In this document: piece after piece, positions 12,342 through 26,400 of the stretch
Numbering within the stretch: the stretch's first letter is position 1
How the letters are laid out: every line of letters begins with the position of its first letter
NCBI RefSeq assembly: GCF_004010195.1
Contig: NC_057719.1
Location: 28,126,710 to 28,190,709, forward strand
Direction of reading: 5' to 3'
DNA length: 64,000 nucleotides
Origin: Chiloscyllium plagiosum
Taxonomy: Eukaryota
Program-made: the position numbers and the translations under genes
Notes under the pieces: generated by a model
Database searches by the model: none
Told to the model about the DNA's origin: nothing
The model's input: the letters and a program-made list of their open reading frames with translations, nothing else

Positions 12342-15300
12342 CTAAGAAGAAATTGTAAACTGTATTATTAAAAGTGAACATCAAATTTAAAAATTAGTAC
12401 ATTTTTCAGTTGCCTCAACCAGGGTGTGCAGTGGCACCAGGCAAGGAAGGAGTTATAGAACGGAATAAGCCAGACCAATCTGCAACCTCACTGCCATGGA
12501 GATTAAAGCTCATCTTTCAGCACTTTGCACTCACCTTTCTCGATGACTTCATTTGAACAACAACTCTGCATTTGACAAAGTGCACCTCATTTTCTTTTAT
12601 CAAGCTATAAAATGACTTGAGAATCATTTTTGCTACTCGTTCAGGCTATTTTGGAAACCACACGCAAATCTCCTCAAAACATGGCTATTAATCAATGACT
12701 ATTAATTAAATGACTCTCTTTAAACAATTGGTATCATGTTTCACAAGATGGCTCTGATGGGCTCTGAAGGAGCACAAATATATTTGGCAGAATAAAAATG
12801 CTTACAAACATGTAACAATCATTACACTGTTTTCCCAACTCTTGCCCTCCCCGGTTAGATCAAAGATTGCCAACTTCTCATTGAGTTGATGGCCTTGAAT
12901 TCTTTAAAGCAGATTTATCCCTACAACCAGAAATTGTCTGAAAGAATAGAGCCTCCCATTTTCATAGATTTGGACTGTCATCTTGGTTACTGGTACATTG
13001 TGACATTTCTTTCACTAGAGAAAGGAAGGAAAGCAAGCGAAGGAAGAGAATGTTATGGTGAGATGAAGGTGACTTGCTTTCATTGCAACAGTTAAGTATT
13101 TCCTGGTCAAGCTGTTCAGAGATGTTATCACACCTCTGGAGCAGGTGAGACTTAAACTGAGGTCACCTGGCTTAGAGGTAGGACATCTACCTCAAGAGCC
13201 CTTATTGCTGTAGCTAAAATAGTCCGTTGAAACTCAAAGTGCCTGTAGCTTTATTAGGTTCTTCACCAACACTGCGTGACAGCTCATGGTCCATGTTAAC
13301 CCACACAACTTGGCAAAACTAATGCATGGCCTTAAGAAAAAATGGCTGTGTGAGAAAAGCTAATATTTCAATAAACAACTGATAAATAGCGCTGAAGAAA
13401 AGTCTCTGACCAAGGTCCCTACTCCAAGGGACAACCAAATAGATTAAATTTCTTTTTGTTGGATTGCAATTAAGGAATTTGATCTACTGTTTTGCAATCC
13501 CAAGTGATTCTGTTCACTTTTGTGTAAAACCCAATAATCTCATGTCATCTATCAAAACAATTAATTATAAATGGGAAAATGGAGGGCAACAAATGATCTC
13601 CACTAAAGCTGCAGTCGAATGAAGAATATCAATTTTTTTTGCAAATGTACAAGTTTTTTTCAGGGATAACTGGGAGCATGAACTTTCTGGAATTGCTTTC
13701 TGGTTATTTTTAATACACTATTTCCTTTTCCTCGTCTGTATTGATGCAGAGCAGATAATGAGCTGGCAAATCAACTTCAAAAATAAAGATGAATTGACAC
13801 ATTCCCAACTGAGATCAAAAACTCACATGAAATGGTGTAAATTGTATTAACACCAAACAGGTGTTCTATAAATAATGTTTTTTTCTTCTATAAAGTTTAA
13901 TAATAGTGGAAGGTGATAGAGCAAGCAAGACTGCCCATATGTCACAGAGAGGAATGATACAGTGAATCTTACTACTTGTAATCACTAAGGAGCAAGTGCC
14001 ATCCGATGGTTCTTTGTATCTAAACTGGATCCATCCACTTACAGATGGTGATAAATGTTCACAATCTAGGAGGCACCCTCACTTAAATTTTAGTCAGAGA
14101 GGCAGTAACACTTGAATCAGCCAGTGCAATCTAGTCTGATCTGAAAACTAAGCTTGTCAGAGCAGTCGAGAATTTATCCAAATCGCATCAAACAAACAGT
14201 TCCCTTTCCTTAAAATCGAAATTAGAAGTAAAGTATCTTATTTACATTTCCCATTATTGCGTTTCGGTTCTTTATTTCAAGGACAGAGCATTCCTCCCCG
14301 ACTGATCAGAAACCATTTCAGTTTCCTTTCTACATACCAACAATTCACCAGCTTGGTGAGTAAGTTATACATTAACTTCTCACTCACATGAACTGTACTA
14401 GACAAAACTAATTTGGTAAAATTCATTAAGTATACCATTCATAGCATTAATGTACTACCTCATAAACCTCACAAAGGTACAGCAAGAGAAGCAAGAAAAA
14501 TTAGTGATTGGAGCTGCACAAATATTAATAAAAGTGTGCATTTATTTTTAAGTGATTTCATTTATTATTATGTTGATGTTATTGCCTGTCTGAATGGTCT
14601 CTGGAATCTTTGTTTTCAGTTGTCTTCCTCACATTACTGATTGACAGACACTAAGTGGATGGGCAGGAAGTGACCAGCGAGCCCACGAAGCCTGCCCCAT
14701 GCTCATACTGGCCTCAGTATTATACTAGACTCTTCCCTGGCCCATTGTGGGCATGTAATATTCTGGAACAGGTGAAGAAACAGGAAAACCCAGAGCCAAA
14801 AAGGAAACAATGCCGGAGAAAATGTACTTCCCATTTTCTTAGGTCACCAAAGCAGTCCAGGATATCACGCAAACTATGAGTTTTGAGGGCTATTATTCAC
14901 CCATCTGCTACCCTCCATCTCAGGAACTTTTAGGAAGACTGCTCGATACAGAGGCGGCCCCTCTTGACACTGATACAATTCTAAAGGCAGCAGGGTGATG
15001 GTGGTAAGGTGGTTCTTAGTAATGCAATTAATTACTTCTGTTGCCTCTCCATTGGGCAGCGGCATACCTAAGGATCTCACCACTGGTAAAATGTCATGGG
15101 AGGAGGAAGCCATTGGATTCCTGCTACCCCCCAACCCATTTGAACGTCATTTTATCTGCTTCCCACCTACCTCCAAATAATAAGTAAAACCTAGTCCATT
15201 ACCCATCTACGGGGTTTCAAGCCAATGGTGCCACAATTATAATGTTTTGGAGGCTTCTAATTCTGCACATATATTACAACATTGTGTAGGTAGCAAATAA

Positions 15301-16339
15301 CACAAAATATAGTAAAATGGTAATGAACCACAGAGTTCAGCTACAGCATGGGCCGCAGGAAGGAAGCTGAAAAACATGTCCGGTTGTTACTTTACGTAGA
15401 TAGTTGTCAATCAGGGTACCCTTTTACACAAATAATGAAGACAAGGCAATATTTAGGGCAAGATCCTATGTCAGTGTGCGCTGACAAATGTCCTCTTCAG
15501 AATTACCAACTTGTCTTTTCTAGTTCTCATGGCTGGTTGCCTTGCCATGCACTTCCAATGTTTCTTGATTTTACTTTTGCTACCTGTCAAATCCAAAACA
15601 TAATTGGCAGGGTCCCATCTCCAGTGGTAATATGAGAATCCTTACCAACCCTCTTGAAATGAATATGAACATAGGTTTGAGGATGTGGAAATAAAAGATT
15701 ATTTTGGTTGTCAAACTTTATTGGTTTGTATTTATTGCCCAGCATAAACAGAAAACAAAAACTCTTCTGCACACGTGCAGAGGAGGCTCATAAGGTTACA
15801 CATTTTCTCTTGCATGCATGAACGTATCATCAAGGCGATGGTGTACTAGCGAGATCAGTTGGCTAGAAAATCAGAGAATGGTAGTCTAAATTTCATCACA
15901 AGGATTTGTCAGTTTGAATTCAGTTTAAAATCCATGATATTACAAGTCAGAAAAATATCAGAAAATAATAACTATAAAGTTGTTAGATGGATATGAATGC
16001 CCAACTGGTTCATTAATTTAGGTAAGGTAGATGCTGGCTTTACCCAGTCTGTCACAGTTATGGATGAGTCCATTCTCATGCTAACATGGTTTATCTTCAA
16101 CACTGCAGTGAATTGTCAGCCTACAGCCTGGAAGCAAGAGACAAATGTCATTTTGTTCCCTCAGTCTATTATTGGTGCCCTCACCATGCAGTGGTTCAAT
16201 CACAAGGCCTACTATAACTAGAAATGGGGAATAAATGCCAATTTGCCAACAGCATCCTTCCTTTATTCTTCACTGGGTTTTGAACCCTAAACAGAAGTGA
16301 GACAGAAGAAAAGGTGAGGTGAGTGCAGATGTTAAAGAA

Positions 16340-19318
16340 AGCAAGTTAAATAGACTAGGCAGGCAAGAGCATGGCAGGGAACAAGGGAAGACTGATGAAT
16401 GAAACAGCATTTACTTCAATGCAAGAGGCCTGACAGGTAAGGTAGGTGAACTCAGGCCACGGAATGGGAACATGGAACTAGGATATTATAGCTATAACAG
16501 AAACATGGCTGGGTGAGGGACAGGGCTTGTAGTTCAATGTTCTGGGGTACAGATGCAATAGGAAGGACAGAAGGGGAGGCAAGCGAGGAGGTGAAGTGGC
16601 ATTTTTGATGAGGGAAAACATCACAGCAGTATTTAGAGAAGATATTCCTGAGGGACTGTCTTGAGGGAAGCTGTATGTGTGGAACTGAAAAATAAGAAGG
16701 GGTTGATCACTGATGGGATTGTATTATAGCCCCCCCCCCCTCAAATAGACAGTAGGAAATTGAGGAGCAAATATGTAGGGAGATCACAGATAACTGTAAG
16801 AATAGGACTGTTGCAGTAGTAGGGGATTTTAATTTTCCAAACATAGACTGGAAACACCATAGTGTTAAGGGCTCAGATGGGGAGGAATTTGTTAAGTCTA
16901 TTCAGGTAAACTTTCTTAATCAATATGTAGATGGCCCTACTAAAGAAGGGGCAAAACTTGACCTCCTCTTCAGAAATAAAGCAGGGCAAGTGACTGAGAC
17001 ATTAGTGAGGGAGCATCTTTGGGACTAGGGACCATAATTCTATTAGTTTTAAAGTAGTTATGGAAAAGGATAGGTCCGGTCCACAAGTTAAAGTTCTAAA
17101 TTGTGGCAAGGCCAATTTTGATGGTTTTAACAGGACCATTCAAATATTGATTGGGGGAGGCTGTTTGCTGGTAAAAAGGGACATCTGGTAAGTGGGAGGC
17201 TTTCAAAAGCGAGATAACGAGAGTTCAGGGCCAGTATGTTTGTGTTAGTGAGAAGTGCAGGGCTGGCAGAAGTAGGAATGTAGGCTGACCAGAGATATTG
17301 AGGCACTAGTCAAGAAAAAGGAGAATGCATATGTCAGGTATAGGCAGCTGGAATTAAGTGAGTGCCTTGAGAAGTATAGGAGGTGTCGGAGTACACTCAA
17401 GAGGGAAATCAGGACAAAAATGCACATGAGATAGTCTTGGCAGATAGATAATGTAAAAGACATACCACAAGTATATTAAGGGCAAAAGAGCAACTAGGGA
17501 GAGAATAGGACCCCTTAAAGATCAATGAGATCATTTACATGTGGAACCGCAGGTGATGGGTGAGATCTTAAATGAATATTTCTCGTCAGTATTTACTGTG
17601 GGAAGGACATTGAAGTTAGGGAATTCAGGGAAATAAACAATGATGTCTTGAAAATTAGTCCACATTAGAGAAGAGGTGGTGCATAAAGGTAGATGAATGC
17701 ATAAAGGTAGATGAATCCCAGGTCCGGATCAAGTGTATCCCAGGACATTGTTGGAAGCTAGGGAAGAAATTGTGGGTTCCCTCGTAGAGATATTTGCAAT
17801 ATTGATAGCCATGAGTGAGGTGCCAGAAGACTTAAGGGTGGCTAATGTGATGCCATTATTGAAGAAAGGCTGTAAGGAAAGACTAGGGAACTATAGGCCG
17901 GTGAGCCTAATGTCAATGCTGACTAAGTTCTTGGAGGGGATTCTGAGAGACAGGATCGATATGCATTTGGAAAGACATGACTCACAAATTTGATTAAGTT
18001 TTTGAAAATGTGATAAAGAAGATAGATACATGGACTTTAGCAAGATCTTCAAAAGGTTCCACATGATAGACTGGTTAATAACATTAGACCACATGGAATC
18101 CAAGGAGAGCTAGCCAATTGGATATAAAATTGGCTTGATGGTAGGAGACAGAGCGTGGTGGTAGAGAAGTTGGTGTTCAGACTGGAGGCCTGTGACCAAC
18201 AGCGTGCCACAAGAATTGGTACTAGGTCCACTGTTGTTCATCAGTTATATACATTATTTGGATGACAAAGTAGGAGGCATGGTTGGTATTTTACAGATGA
18301 CTCCAAAATTGGTGATATAGTAAATAGTGAAGAAGGTTATTTAAGAGCACAATGGGATGAATTGGGCCAAGGAATGGGAGATGGAGTTTAATGCATATAA
18401 ATGCCAGGTCTTGCATTTTGAAAAGACAAACCAGGACAGGTCTGACATGGTTAATGTTGGAGCCCTGGGGAGTGTTGACAAACAGAGACACCTAAGGGTG
18501 TAAGAAGGGGTGCACCTAGGGATACATGAGCCCTTCCTGAAGAAGGGCTCATGCCCGAAACGTCGATTCTCCTGCTCCTTGGATGCTGCCTGACCTGCTG
18601 CACTTTTCCAGCAACACATTTTGAACTCTGATCTCCAGCATCTGCAGTCCTCACTTTCTCCTAGGGGTGTAAGTGCACAGTTCCTTGAAAATAGCTTTAC
18701 AGGTAGACATGGTGGTGAAGGAGGCATTTGGCACGCTTTCCTCATGGGGCAGAACATTGAGCACAGGAGTTGGGATGTCATATTACAGCTATACAAGACA
18801 TTGGTCAGGCCTCATCTGGAGTACTGCATACAATTCTGGACAACCCTGTAGAGGAAGGATGTTATTAAACTGGAAAGGGTGCACAAAATATCTAGACTAT
18901 CTATCAAGACTAGAAGGTTTGAGTGAAAAGGAGGCTACTTAGGCAGAATTTTTTTCTCCATGGAGTATACAATGTTGAGAGATTTATAAAGTCACATAGG
19001 CACAGATAAAGTGAATAGCCAAGGTCTTTACCCCAGGGCAGGGGAATCAAAAACTAGAGGGTATAAGTTTAAGGTGAGCAGGGAAAGATTTAAATAGGAC
19101 CTGAGGGACAAACGTTTTACTCAGGGTGGTGCCAGAGGAAGTGGTGGAGATGGATACAATTACAACATTTAAAAGACATTCAGACAGATACACGAAAAAG
19201 GAAAGTTGAGAGGGATAGGGACCAGACACAGGCAAATGGGACTGGATCAGTTTAGGAAACCTAGTCGGTATGGACGAGTTGGATGGAATGACCTGTTTCC
19301 GTGCTGTAGGACTCTATC
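16340..19318 (+). mobile_element. Long degenerate CR1 LINE ORF2 (APE endonuclease + RT + 3' UTR)
   Basis: YFNARGL, DIIAITETWL, VVGDFNFPNIDW, ANVMPLLKKG..GNYRPVSL, LYKTLVRPHLEYC. Many stops and deletions. Interrupted at ~18505-18661. Confidence 0.93.
18525..18661 (+). mobile_element. Hammerhead-bearing short element, family A, inserted in CR1
   Basis: CTGAAGA-aGGGC-tcat-GCCC-GAAA-CG-TC at 18537-18564, then the family A body ending CTCACTTTCTCC. Flanks cctaagggtgtaag / cctaggggtgtaag. Confidence 0.8.
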
Positions 19319-19358
19319 ATATGTATTGTTCATCTATACTTGCCTTTGAGCTGAATGA

Positions 19359-19580
19359 GGAGAAAGTGAGGTCTGCAGATGCTGGAGATCAAAGTTGAAA
19401 CTTTATTGCTGGAACAGCACAGCAGGTCAGGCAGCATCCAGGGAACAGGAGATTCGACGTTTCGGGCACAGGCCCTTCTTCAGGAATGAAGAAGGGCCTG
19501 TGCCCGAAACGTCGAATCTCCTGTTCCCTGGATGCTGCCTGACCTGCTGTGCTGTTCCAGCAATAAAGTTTCAACTTTGA
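19359..19580. mobile_element. Palindromic hammerhead-bearing element, family A (Penelope-like pLTR derivative)
   Basis: Perfect inverted arms 19389-19482 and 19487-19580 (94 bp each, ggaa spacer). Direct repeat ctttgagctgaatga at 19344-19358 and 19575-19589. Confidence 0.9.
19452..19487 (-). ncRNA. Minimal type I hammerhead ribozyme motif
   Basis: Minus strand AUUC-CUGAAGA-a-GGGC-cugu-GCCC-GAAA-CG-UC-GAAU: 4-bp stem I, intact core, 4-bp stem II, palindromic ACGU mini stem III, GUC cleavage triplet. Confidence 0.8.
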
Positions 19581-20329
19581 GCTGAATGACTTGATAAGAC
19601 ATTTCAGAGGGCAGTCAGAGTCAACCACATGGCCCTGGGCCTGGAGTAGCATGTAGGCCAAACCATGTAAGGAGGCTGATTTCCTTCCCAAAAGCATAAC
19701 AGTGAACCAGTGGGTTATATAGCAACTGATAATTGTTTCCTCATCACCATTAACAAGATGAGCTTTCATTGCCATATTTTAGTTATTGGATTTGAATTCT
19801 ACCAATTACCATGGTGGGATTTGAACACTTATCTCTAAGAGTGTTTAGCCTAAATCTCTGGTTTATTCACTGAGAGATGTAATATACCACTGTCTCCCCA
19901 AATCCTGACGATGAATTTGAAGAAGTATACAGCTGCCTATGAGCATTGCAAGTGATCAGTGTCTTTAAATCCCCATTTAACACTGGTAAACTCTCATTTC
20001 TATACCGAACCTGCAGCCACACATATGCAGAAGTAAAAACTCACAAAGTGATGTTGAGCTGTTTGTAAAGTTCTGCAGACCACAACCACAGGAAGCATCA
20101 TGTGACTAGCTTAAACAAAGAGTTGAAATGATCATCACTCTCTCAAAAAGCAAGCGCATGAAAACCGTGCCCCATCTGAACCATCTATCAAAGCTAGATT
20201 CAAAACAAAAGTGAGGACTGTGGATGAAGGATTCCGCTTGTATATGCAGCCTCAGTGGTATCAGTATAATGTGAGCACACATAACCCACAAGGCATCCTC
20301 AGTTATACTTGGAATATCTTCATATGCAT

Positions 20330-20830
20330 TTGGTATGACAGTGATTGCAATCTTCAGTGTTACAACCAATCGCTGTCTGGATCAAACACCCAACTTCACA
20401 TTCCTGCCAATGCAAGCTGAAGAAACATTAAGTCATCTTCCACTTTACAGCCTTCTGGACTCAATTATTTTGGACCATAAATTCTATTCTCCATTTTAAT
20501 CTCTTTCGACCAAGAGCCATATGCATTTTTATTCACGTATTTACTTTCAGACAGAATTGGCCTTTTTGTGTTATTTTGGACCAATAACAGTACTATTCCA
20601 GTTGCTTTTTACACCTTGACATCTTTGGTATTCAATTTCCTTCTAACCTAGTTCTGACTTTCCCTTTTGTTCTACCTGACCTTTCCCTCTTATTCAATAG
20701 CATCACCTTTCTACCTCTCTTCAATTCCATAAATGATTCACATTGGACTCAAAATGGTAACTGTTTCTCTTCCCACAAAAACTGCTACACCTGCTGGTTT
20801 TATTTCAGATCGCCATTCTCTGCAGTACTG
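20330..20830 (+). mobile_element. Highly decayed Penelope-like element 3' end
   Basis: Residual TLQPSGLN coding motif near 20445, and a tail resembling the family C elements at 39118 and 39690. Confidence 0.45.
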
Positions 20831-23004
20831 TACATCCACATGTTTTCATGTACTTGGGGCAGCAAGTCCAATGGAAAAAGTGAGGAGATCTACTTATAAT
20901 AAATACAAGGAAGGAAGGCTGCTTTCTCATGTAGGTTATCTGTCCTATACCAATGTGCTCTGAAACCATTAGAAATATTGTTCAATTTACATTTTGATAC
21001 GCATCATTCTTAAGTTGACTTCCAATTATTTTCAACTTATGTCCCTTCTATTGTTGTTAGATCTTGCATTGAATTAGTGCTCCACATCAAATCTTTCTTG
21101 TCTACCTTTATGAGGTTTCATCTCAGCAATATCCTTTGGCAACCCAATTTTTCCAGTCTTCCCTCATAGTTCAATCCATGGACATTGGAAATAAATATAC
21201 TGTATTAGTTTGATTCAGATGGAGGCACTCTCACCCCTAATCAAAACACTGCATTTTTAAGAACGACTACATACAATCTAGGGATACTCTTTAGTGCAGT
21301 GCTGAATAAGGATGGTCTTGATGGAGTTGACATTCCTTCATCTCATTTTCAAGGAAAGCATACTACAAGAGGGAGAGCTGAGGCCAACATGAAATTAATA
21401 TGAACAGTGTTAGCTGTTGAGAGGTTATCTGTGGAAAGGCAACATTCAAATTTTATGTTGCCTCATTGCCAAGACAAATATTAACCATTAGACACCTTTA
21501 ACAATGATTGTCCCTGTTTTGATCAATTCAAACAAGCTTTTGCAATAGGACATGGAATAGACGTCAGGTGACTCATTTACATATAAAATAAAGTTGCCGT
21601 AGTCCCAGGAGATGATAGGGTTTTTCTCTCTGATTAAAAAGAGATAATTGATGGTGGTTTAAACTTGAGGGTTACACACCTCAGGGCAAGGGGAGAGGTT
21701 GGGAAGGAGGGAACTTCATGGTTAATGCAGTTACATATACCAGGATTCTAACCCCTGCCTTAGGCTGTTGTCTCCAAAGTAGCCTCTCCAGTCATAGCAG
21801 AGCTCATGATGTAAGTGCAGCTACACCACATGAGGAATGTTGTGCCTGACATTGACTTGTTTTGCCCCATTTTCATCAAAATGACCAATTCTTACCTCTC
21901 TGTCTTTTGGAGGACATAGGTTTTGAATAAATTTGTTGAGGCCTAGGAAACCCTGGCCTGGCTGCATTTATTGTCCATAACTAGTTGCCTCATTTCTCTC
22001 AAACTGCTGAATGATTAAGTTCTGGGTTCAGAATGATGCTTTGCGGAGGAAATTTCAAGATATTGGTCCATGAATGAAGGTGGAATGGCAATGATGATGC
22101 ACGTCCACAACAGAAACATGTGCAGCTTGGAGGCAAGTTGGAGATGGTACAACATTGATTGCTCCTGCCAGTGGCAGGGGTTACAAAGGAGTGAAGGTCT
22201 GGTGACATTATCTTCACAAGTCACACACTCTGTCAGCATAATGTGACTGTGACATGAATGTGCTTCATTCTGGAAAGACTTAAGTTTTTACAAATGTTGC
22301 TGTAGCTGCATCCATCCATACAAAGAGTGAATATTCCGTCATATTCTTGGTGTGACACTGCACTTGGCAGAGAATCTTGGTGCTGTCAGAAGCTCAGTCA
22401 CTTATTGTAGAGTACCTAACCTCTGCCTTGGCCTTGCAGCACAGTGGTTTGTCCAGTCCATGCAAATCTGCTTTTCTCTCAGGCAAGTTTCTGGTCAGTG
22501 GTGATCCCCAAGACATTTATGTTGGGGGACTTGAAAAGACGGGTGTTATTGAAGATTGGAAATTTTGTTTATGCTATCTTTCATTTGAGTTGGCTATTGC
22601 CAAGAATCACTGTACTGTAAATGAGCGTAATCAGTAATCCAGTTCATTCATCCATGTAAGTGAAAAGAAAACTCACCAAGACCTGTGTTTGCAACCTGAC
22701 AAAGAAAAATAGCAATATGCCCCCAGTCAGACACAGACTATGAAAACAGAAACAATAATTCCTTTCCAATTTTACCAAGGAGGGGTCCTTGGCGCAGCAG
22801 GTAGCACTCTTGCTCTGGGTTCAAGTCCCATTCTGGGACTTGATAGTTATGAAGAATGTGTTCACAATGTGTCAAAAAGGAGGATTATCACCCTGGAAAT
22901 TCTTTCAAAATGTCTATGGCAGGTATAAGAGTCTCCAAGTCAGATATGTTTGATGTGGAATGGTGCCCCTAAAGTGACAGACTAATGGCCTGTTCAGAGA
23001 AGGC

Positions 23005-23440
23005 TTACTAGACTGATCACAGGTTTGGTGGGATTATCTACTTAGGACAGCGTTTGTAGATTGTAGTTTTGAATAATCAAAGATGACCTTATTGGAACAC
23101 CCAAGAATCTCAGAGGATTTGACAGGGTAGATGCAGGAAGGATTTTCTTCTTTTGGGAGAGTCCAGCACCCAACAGCATCATGTTGGAGCAAGAGGTTAC
23201 CCATTGAGGACTGAGATGAGGAAGCATTCGTCTCTCAGGGCGTGATGAATCTCTTGAATTCTTTACCACTGGGTCTTTAAGGATATTCAATGCTGAGATA
23301 GACAATTTTTTTAAATCAGTAGGGAATGGGGAAAAGGCAGGAAAGTGGAATTGAGGGTTATCAGATCAGCCATGATCTCACTGAATGACAGAGTAGACTC
23401 AATGGGCTGAATGGCCTACTTCTGCTCCTAAGTCTTATAG
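23005..23440 (+). mobile_element. CR1-type LINE 3' fragment (second subfamily)
   Basis: Degenerate DLI..KNLRGFDRVD, and tail gatcagccatgatctc..gggctgaatggcctacttctgctcct. Confidence 0.75.
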
Positions 23441-24164
23441 TCCGTTCCAGGAAGAATGAGCCATAGGAACAGACAACAACATGCGCTTATCTGCCTCAAG
23501 TGAAAGATCCAAGTGCATCTGTCCTATAGCAACTGCATTCTAACAACATATGTAGGAACCAAACACCACAAAGGTACATAAAGGTCACATTTGACTTGCA
23601 TTTTGGATGACTTGACATTCTACAGAAGTTCATGCTGGTAGGATTTTTACATATCTTTGTGATGTCAAACGGAGAAGCAAAATCAGACTCATTACTGTAG
23701 AAATCCAATCTGGAGTACCAAAGTACTGAAAACATTAACTCAATTCAAGTACACAGATACACGTACCCTCCTCTCTGCAAACATTGCTGTGTAATCCCAA
23801 TGCTTTTAGGGAATTTATTACCATTGGTGTAAAAATATGCATTCTTATTGAAATTGCATGATGATATGGATATGCTTCTATTTACTCATTAATGTATGGA
23901 AACCTATCTACTATGTCCAGCACACAGCAGTTTGCAAATACAGATGTGGCAAAGTTGCATAATGATGCAAAATAACAGAGCAATCCAGTAATATGCAGAT
24001 GCACCACTTTTACAGAGAAACAGCCAATGGCAGATGTATTATATTTGCAAGGCAATACCACAATGCATTTGCAAATAGAGCACAACAAGTGCTTCAGTTT
24101 TTAAATCTTAAATATTCTCACTGATGAAAGTCTTTCAGTAATAACAGGAAAAGATACAGTAGAT

Positions 24165-24465
24165 AAACTATTTCCATTGGTTGGGGATTCTAAAACTAAG
24201 GGGCATAGTCAAACCAATTAGGGCTTGACTGTTCAGGAGAGATGTTTGGAAGCATGTTGATAGAGATTTGGATTTCTCTTACAACAATGGCAGCCGATGC
24301 TAGATTAGTTGTTAATTTTAAATTTGAGATAGATTTTTTTTGTTAAGCAAGATGTATTAAGAAATATTGGCCCCAGATTGGAGTTAGGCCCCAGATCAGC
24401 AATGATCTCATTGAACAGTAGAACAGGCTCAAGGGGCAGAATGGTCTACTCCTGATCCTATCTTC
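24165..24465 (+). mobile_element. CR1-type LINE 3' fragment (second subfamily)
   Basis: Same 3' UTR motif as 23005-23440. Confidence 0.7.
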
Positions 24466-24944
24466 CAAGATTATTTTATGATATTATCTTGTGTTTCTGG
24501 AAAAGTTTTCTCTCAAAATTGAGTGGTTGATTCTTCCAAGTCAATCGTACACCCTAATCTTAAGTTAGTTTTTTTCCTGCCCACACTGAGATGTGTCCCT
24601 TATGGAATGGAGAGCACTGTAATTGATGCAATCTTTACTGGGTTAAATGCAGTCAAACTCTATTCCATTAAATACTCTTTAAATTAAGGAATATTAGACA
24701 CAAACCAAAGAACTAGATGCATTTAATTACAATTACAAAAGTAAAAGACAAAATACTTGCATTTATATAGCATTTTTATAACTGACGGATGTGAAATCAA
24801 GTAATAAAAAGCCCAAACATTTAGCAAACAATAAAAGTACAGATTATCTCAACACACATATAATTAGTGTTCAGATTGTACCAATTATAGCTTTGTCAAA
24901 ATGAATGGGCAGAACTGTTCCTATATTCAAAGAAAGACTCAGCA

Positions 24945-26400
24945 CAGCAGGAGGTTATTAGTTCATCATGTTTCTGCTAGGTCTTTGTAAGAACTAACTG
25001 ATTGGTCCCACTTCCATGCTTTCTCTCCCATTGTCCAGCTGCTGGTTCCTCATCAAGCATTTATTGTCCTTCATTTGGAAAGTTATTATTAAATTTGCTT
25101 CCACCGCCCTTTCAATCAGTCTATTTTAGACCATCTTAACTCACTGTCTGAAAAACATTTTCCTTACGTTACCTGTGGTTTATTTGCCAATTACATCTAT
25201 GAACTCTGATTACAGACCTGCCTGCAATTTATTTACATTATCAAAACTCTCCAAGAATTTGAATAACATAAGCCTAAGCCTGTGTAATTGCTGCATGTAA
25301 CCAATGCCCATCCAGGTACATTTCCAGGGAATCTCCTGTACATCCTTTATGAAGCCTTGACATCCTTCCTATAGTGTAGTGATCTGAATTAACACGTTAC
25401 TCTGGCCAAGGTTCGACTAGCGTAATTGTTTAGTACAGCTTCCACGTTTTGATACTGTGCGCCTCCATTTAGAAAACAAAGGATCCTGTATACCTTTTAA
25501 ATTGCTTTCACCACCACTGCCGTCAATAACTCTTGGCTCTCTCTTTGCAAAATTGTATAAGTTTTATTGCCTGTTCTTTTTTGTCCTCCTAAAAATGAGA
25601 AATTTTGCACTTGTATTAAACTTTATCTACCATGTGCCTGTCTATTTCACCAGTCTTTATCTTCACCCAGTCTGTCACTATTGTCTTCACTGTTCATCAC
25701 ATTTGAGAGATTAATGTCATCTACAATCTTTGAAGTTATGATCTGTATACCTAATCATTCATAATCATAAAACACAGCAGTGTTCCCAACAGTGACCTCT
25801 ATGTGGCATCACTGCTACCTGTATGATGACAAATAACACATTCCTTCGTTTGGAAAGTTATTATTAAATTTGTTTGCACCACACTTTCAGTCAGTCTATT
25901 CTACTCAGTCTGAAATAGTTCACTAGTATTCCTTGTTTTTGTCCCATATCCATTTTCAAAGCTATGCAGTCGCTGCCCTAATGCACTTCACTACAATCTT
26001 GCTGACAAGACTAATATGTTGTACAATATAAGACTTCTTTTGAAAGTCCATAAAATACTCATCAACTGCATTACCCTTATCCATCCTTTCCATTTCTGCA
26101 TCAAAAACTCAATCAAGGTATTAAATTTACATTTGACAAACTCATGTCAACCTTCATTTATTAACTTATATTTTAAAAATACTATTTTATATCTTCAATA
26201 TAATTTTATTTTAGATTAATATATCCAACAATTTCCCTACCATTGATGTTAGGTTAATTGTTGGGTTTATACCATTTTTCTTGTTGAACAGGAATGCCAA
26301 TTGACAATCCTCCAATCCCAATCCTCCAATCCCAATCCTCCAATCCCAATCCTCCAATCCCAATCTGAAAAGGACTGGAGATTGTGGCTACAGTCTTTCT
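24945..26400 (-). mobile_element. Old, heavily decayed CR1 LINE
   Basis: Scattered antisense RT-like motifs (MDFQK, DFKDCR, NYQL) and a 3' UTR remnant. Boundaries uncertain. Confidence 0.55.
26305..26365. repeat. Tandem repeat (CAATCCTCCAATCC) x ~4.3
   Basis: Directly visible 14-bp unit. Confidence 0.92.

Noticed and set aside
17681..17717. Direct repeat gcataaaggtagatgaat x2
   Set aside because: Simple local tandem duplication inside a dead CR1.
19359..19580. Palindromes as pre-miRNAs, MITEs or CRISPR repeats
   Set aside because: They are multi-copy with variable 9-16 bp TSDs, asymmetric arms and single-arm copies. There is no spacer array and no fixed-length TSD.
19389..19775. Identical peptides on both strands (KLYCWNSTAGQAASREQEIRRFGHRPFF...)
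   Set aside because: A consequence of the DNA palindrome, not a protein gene.
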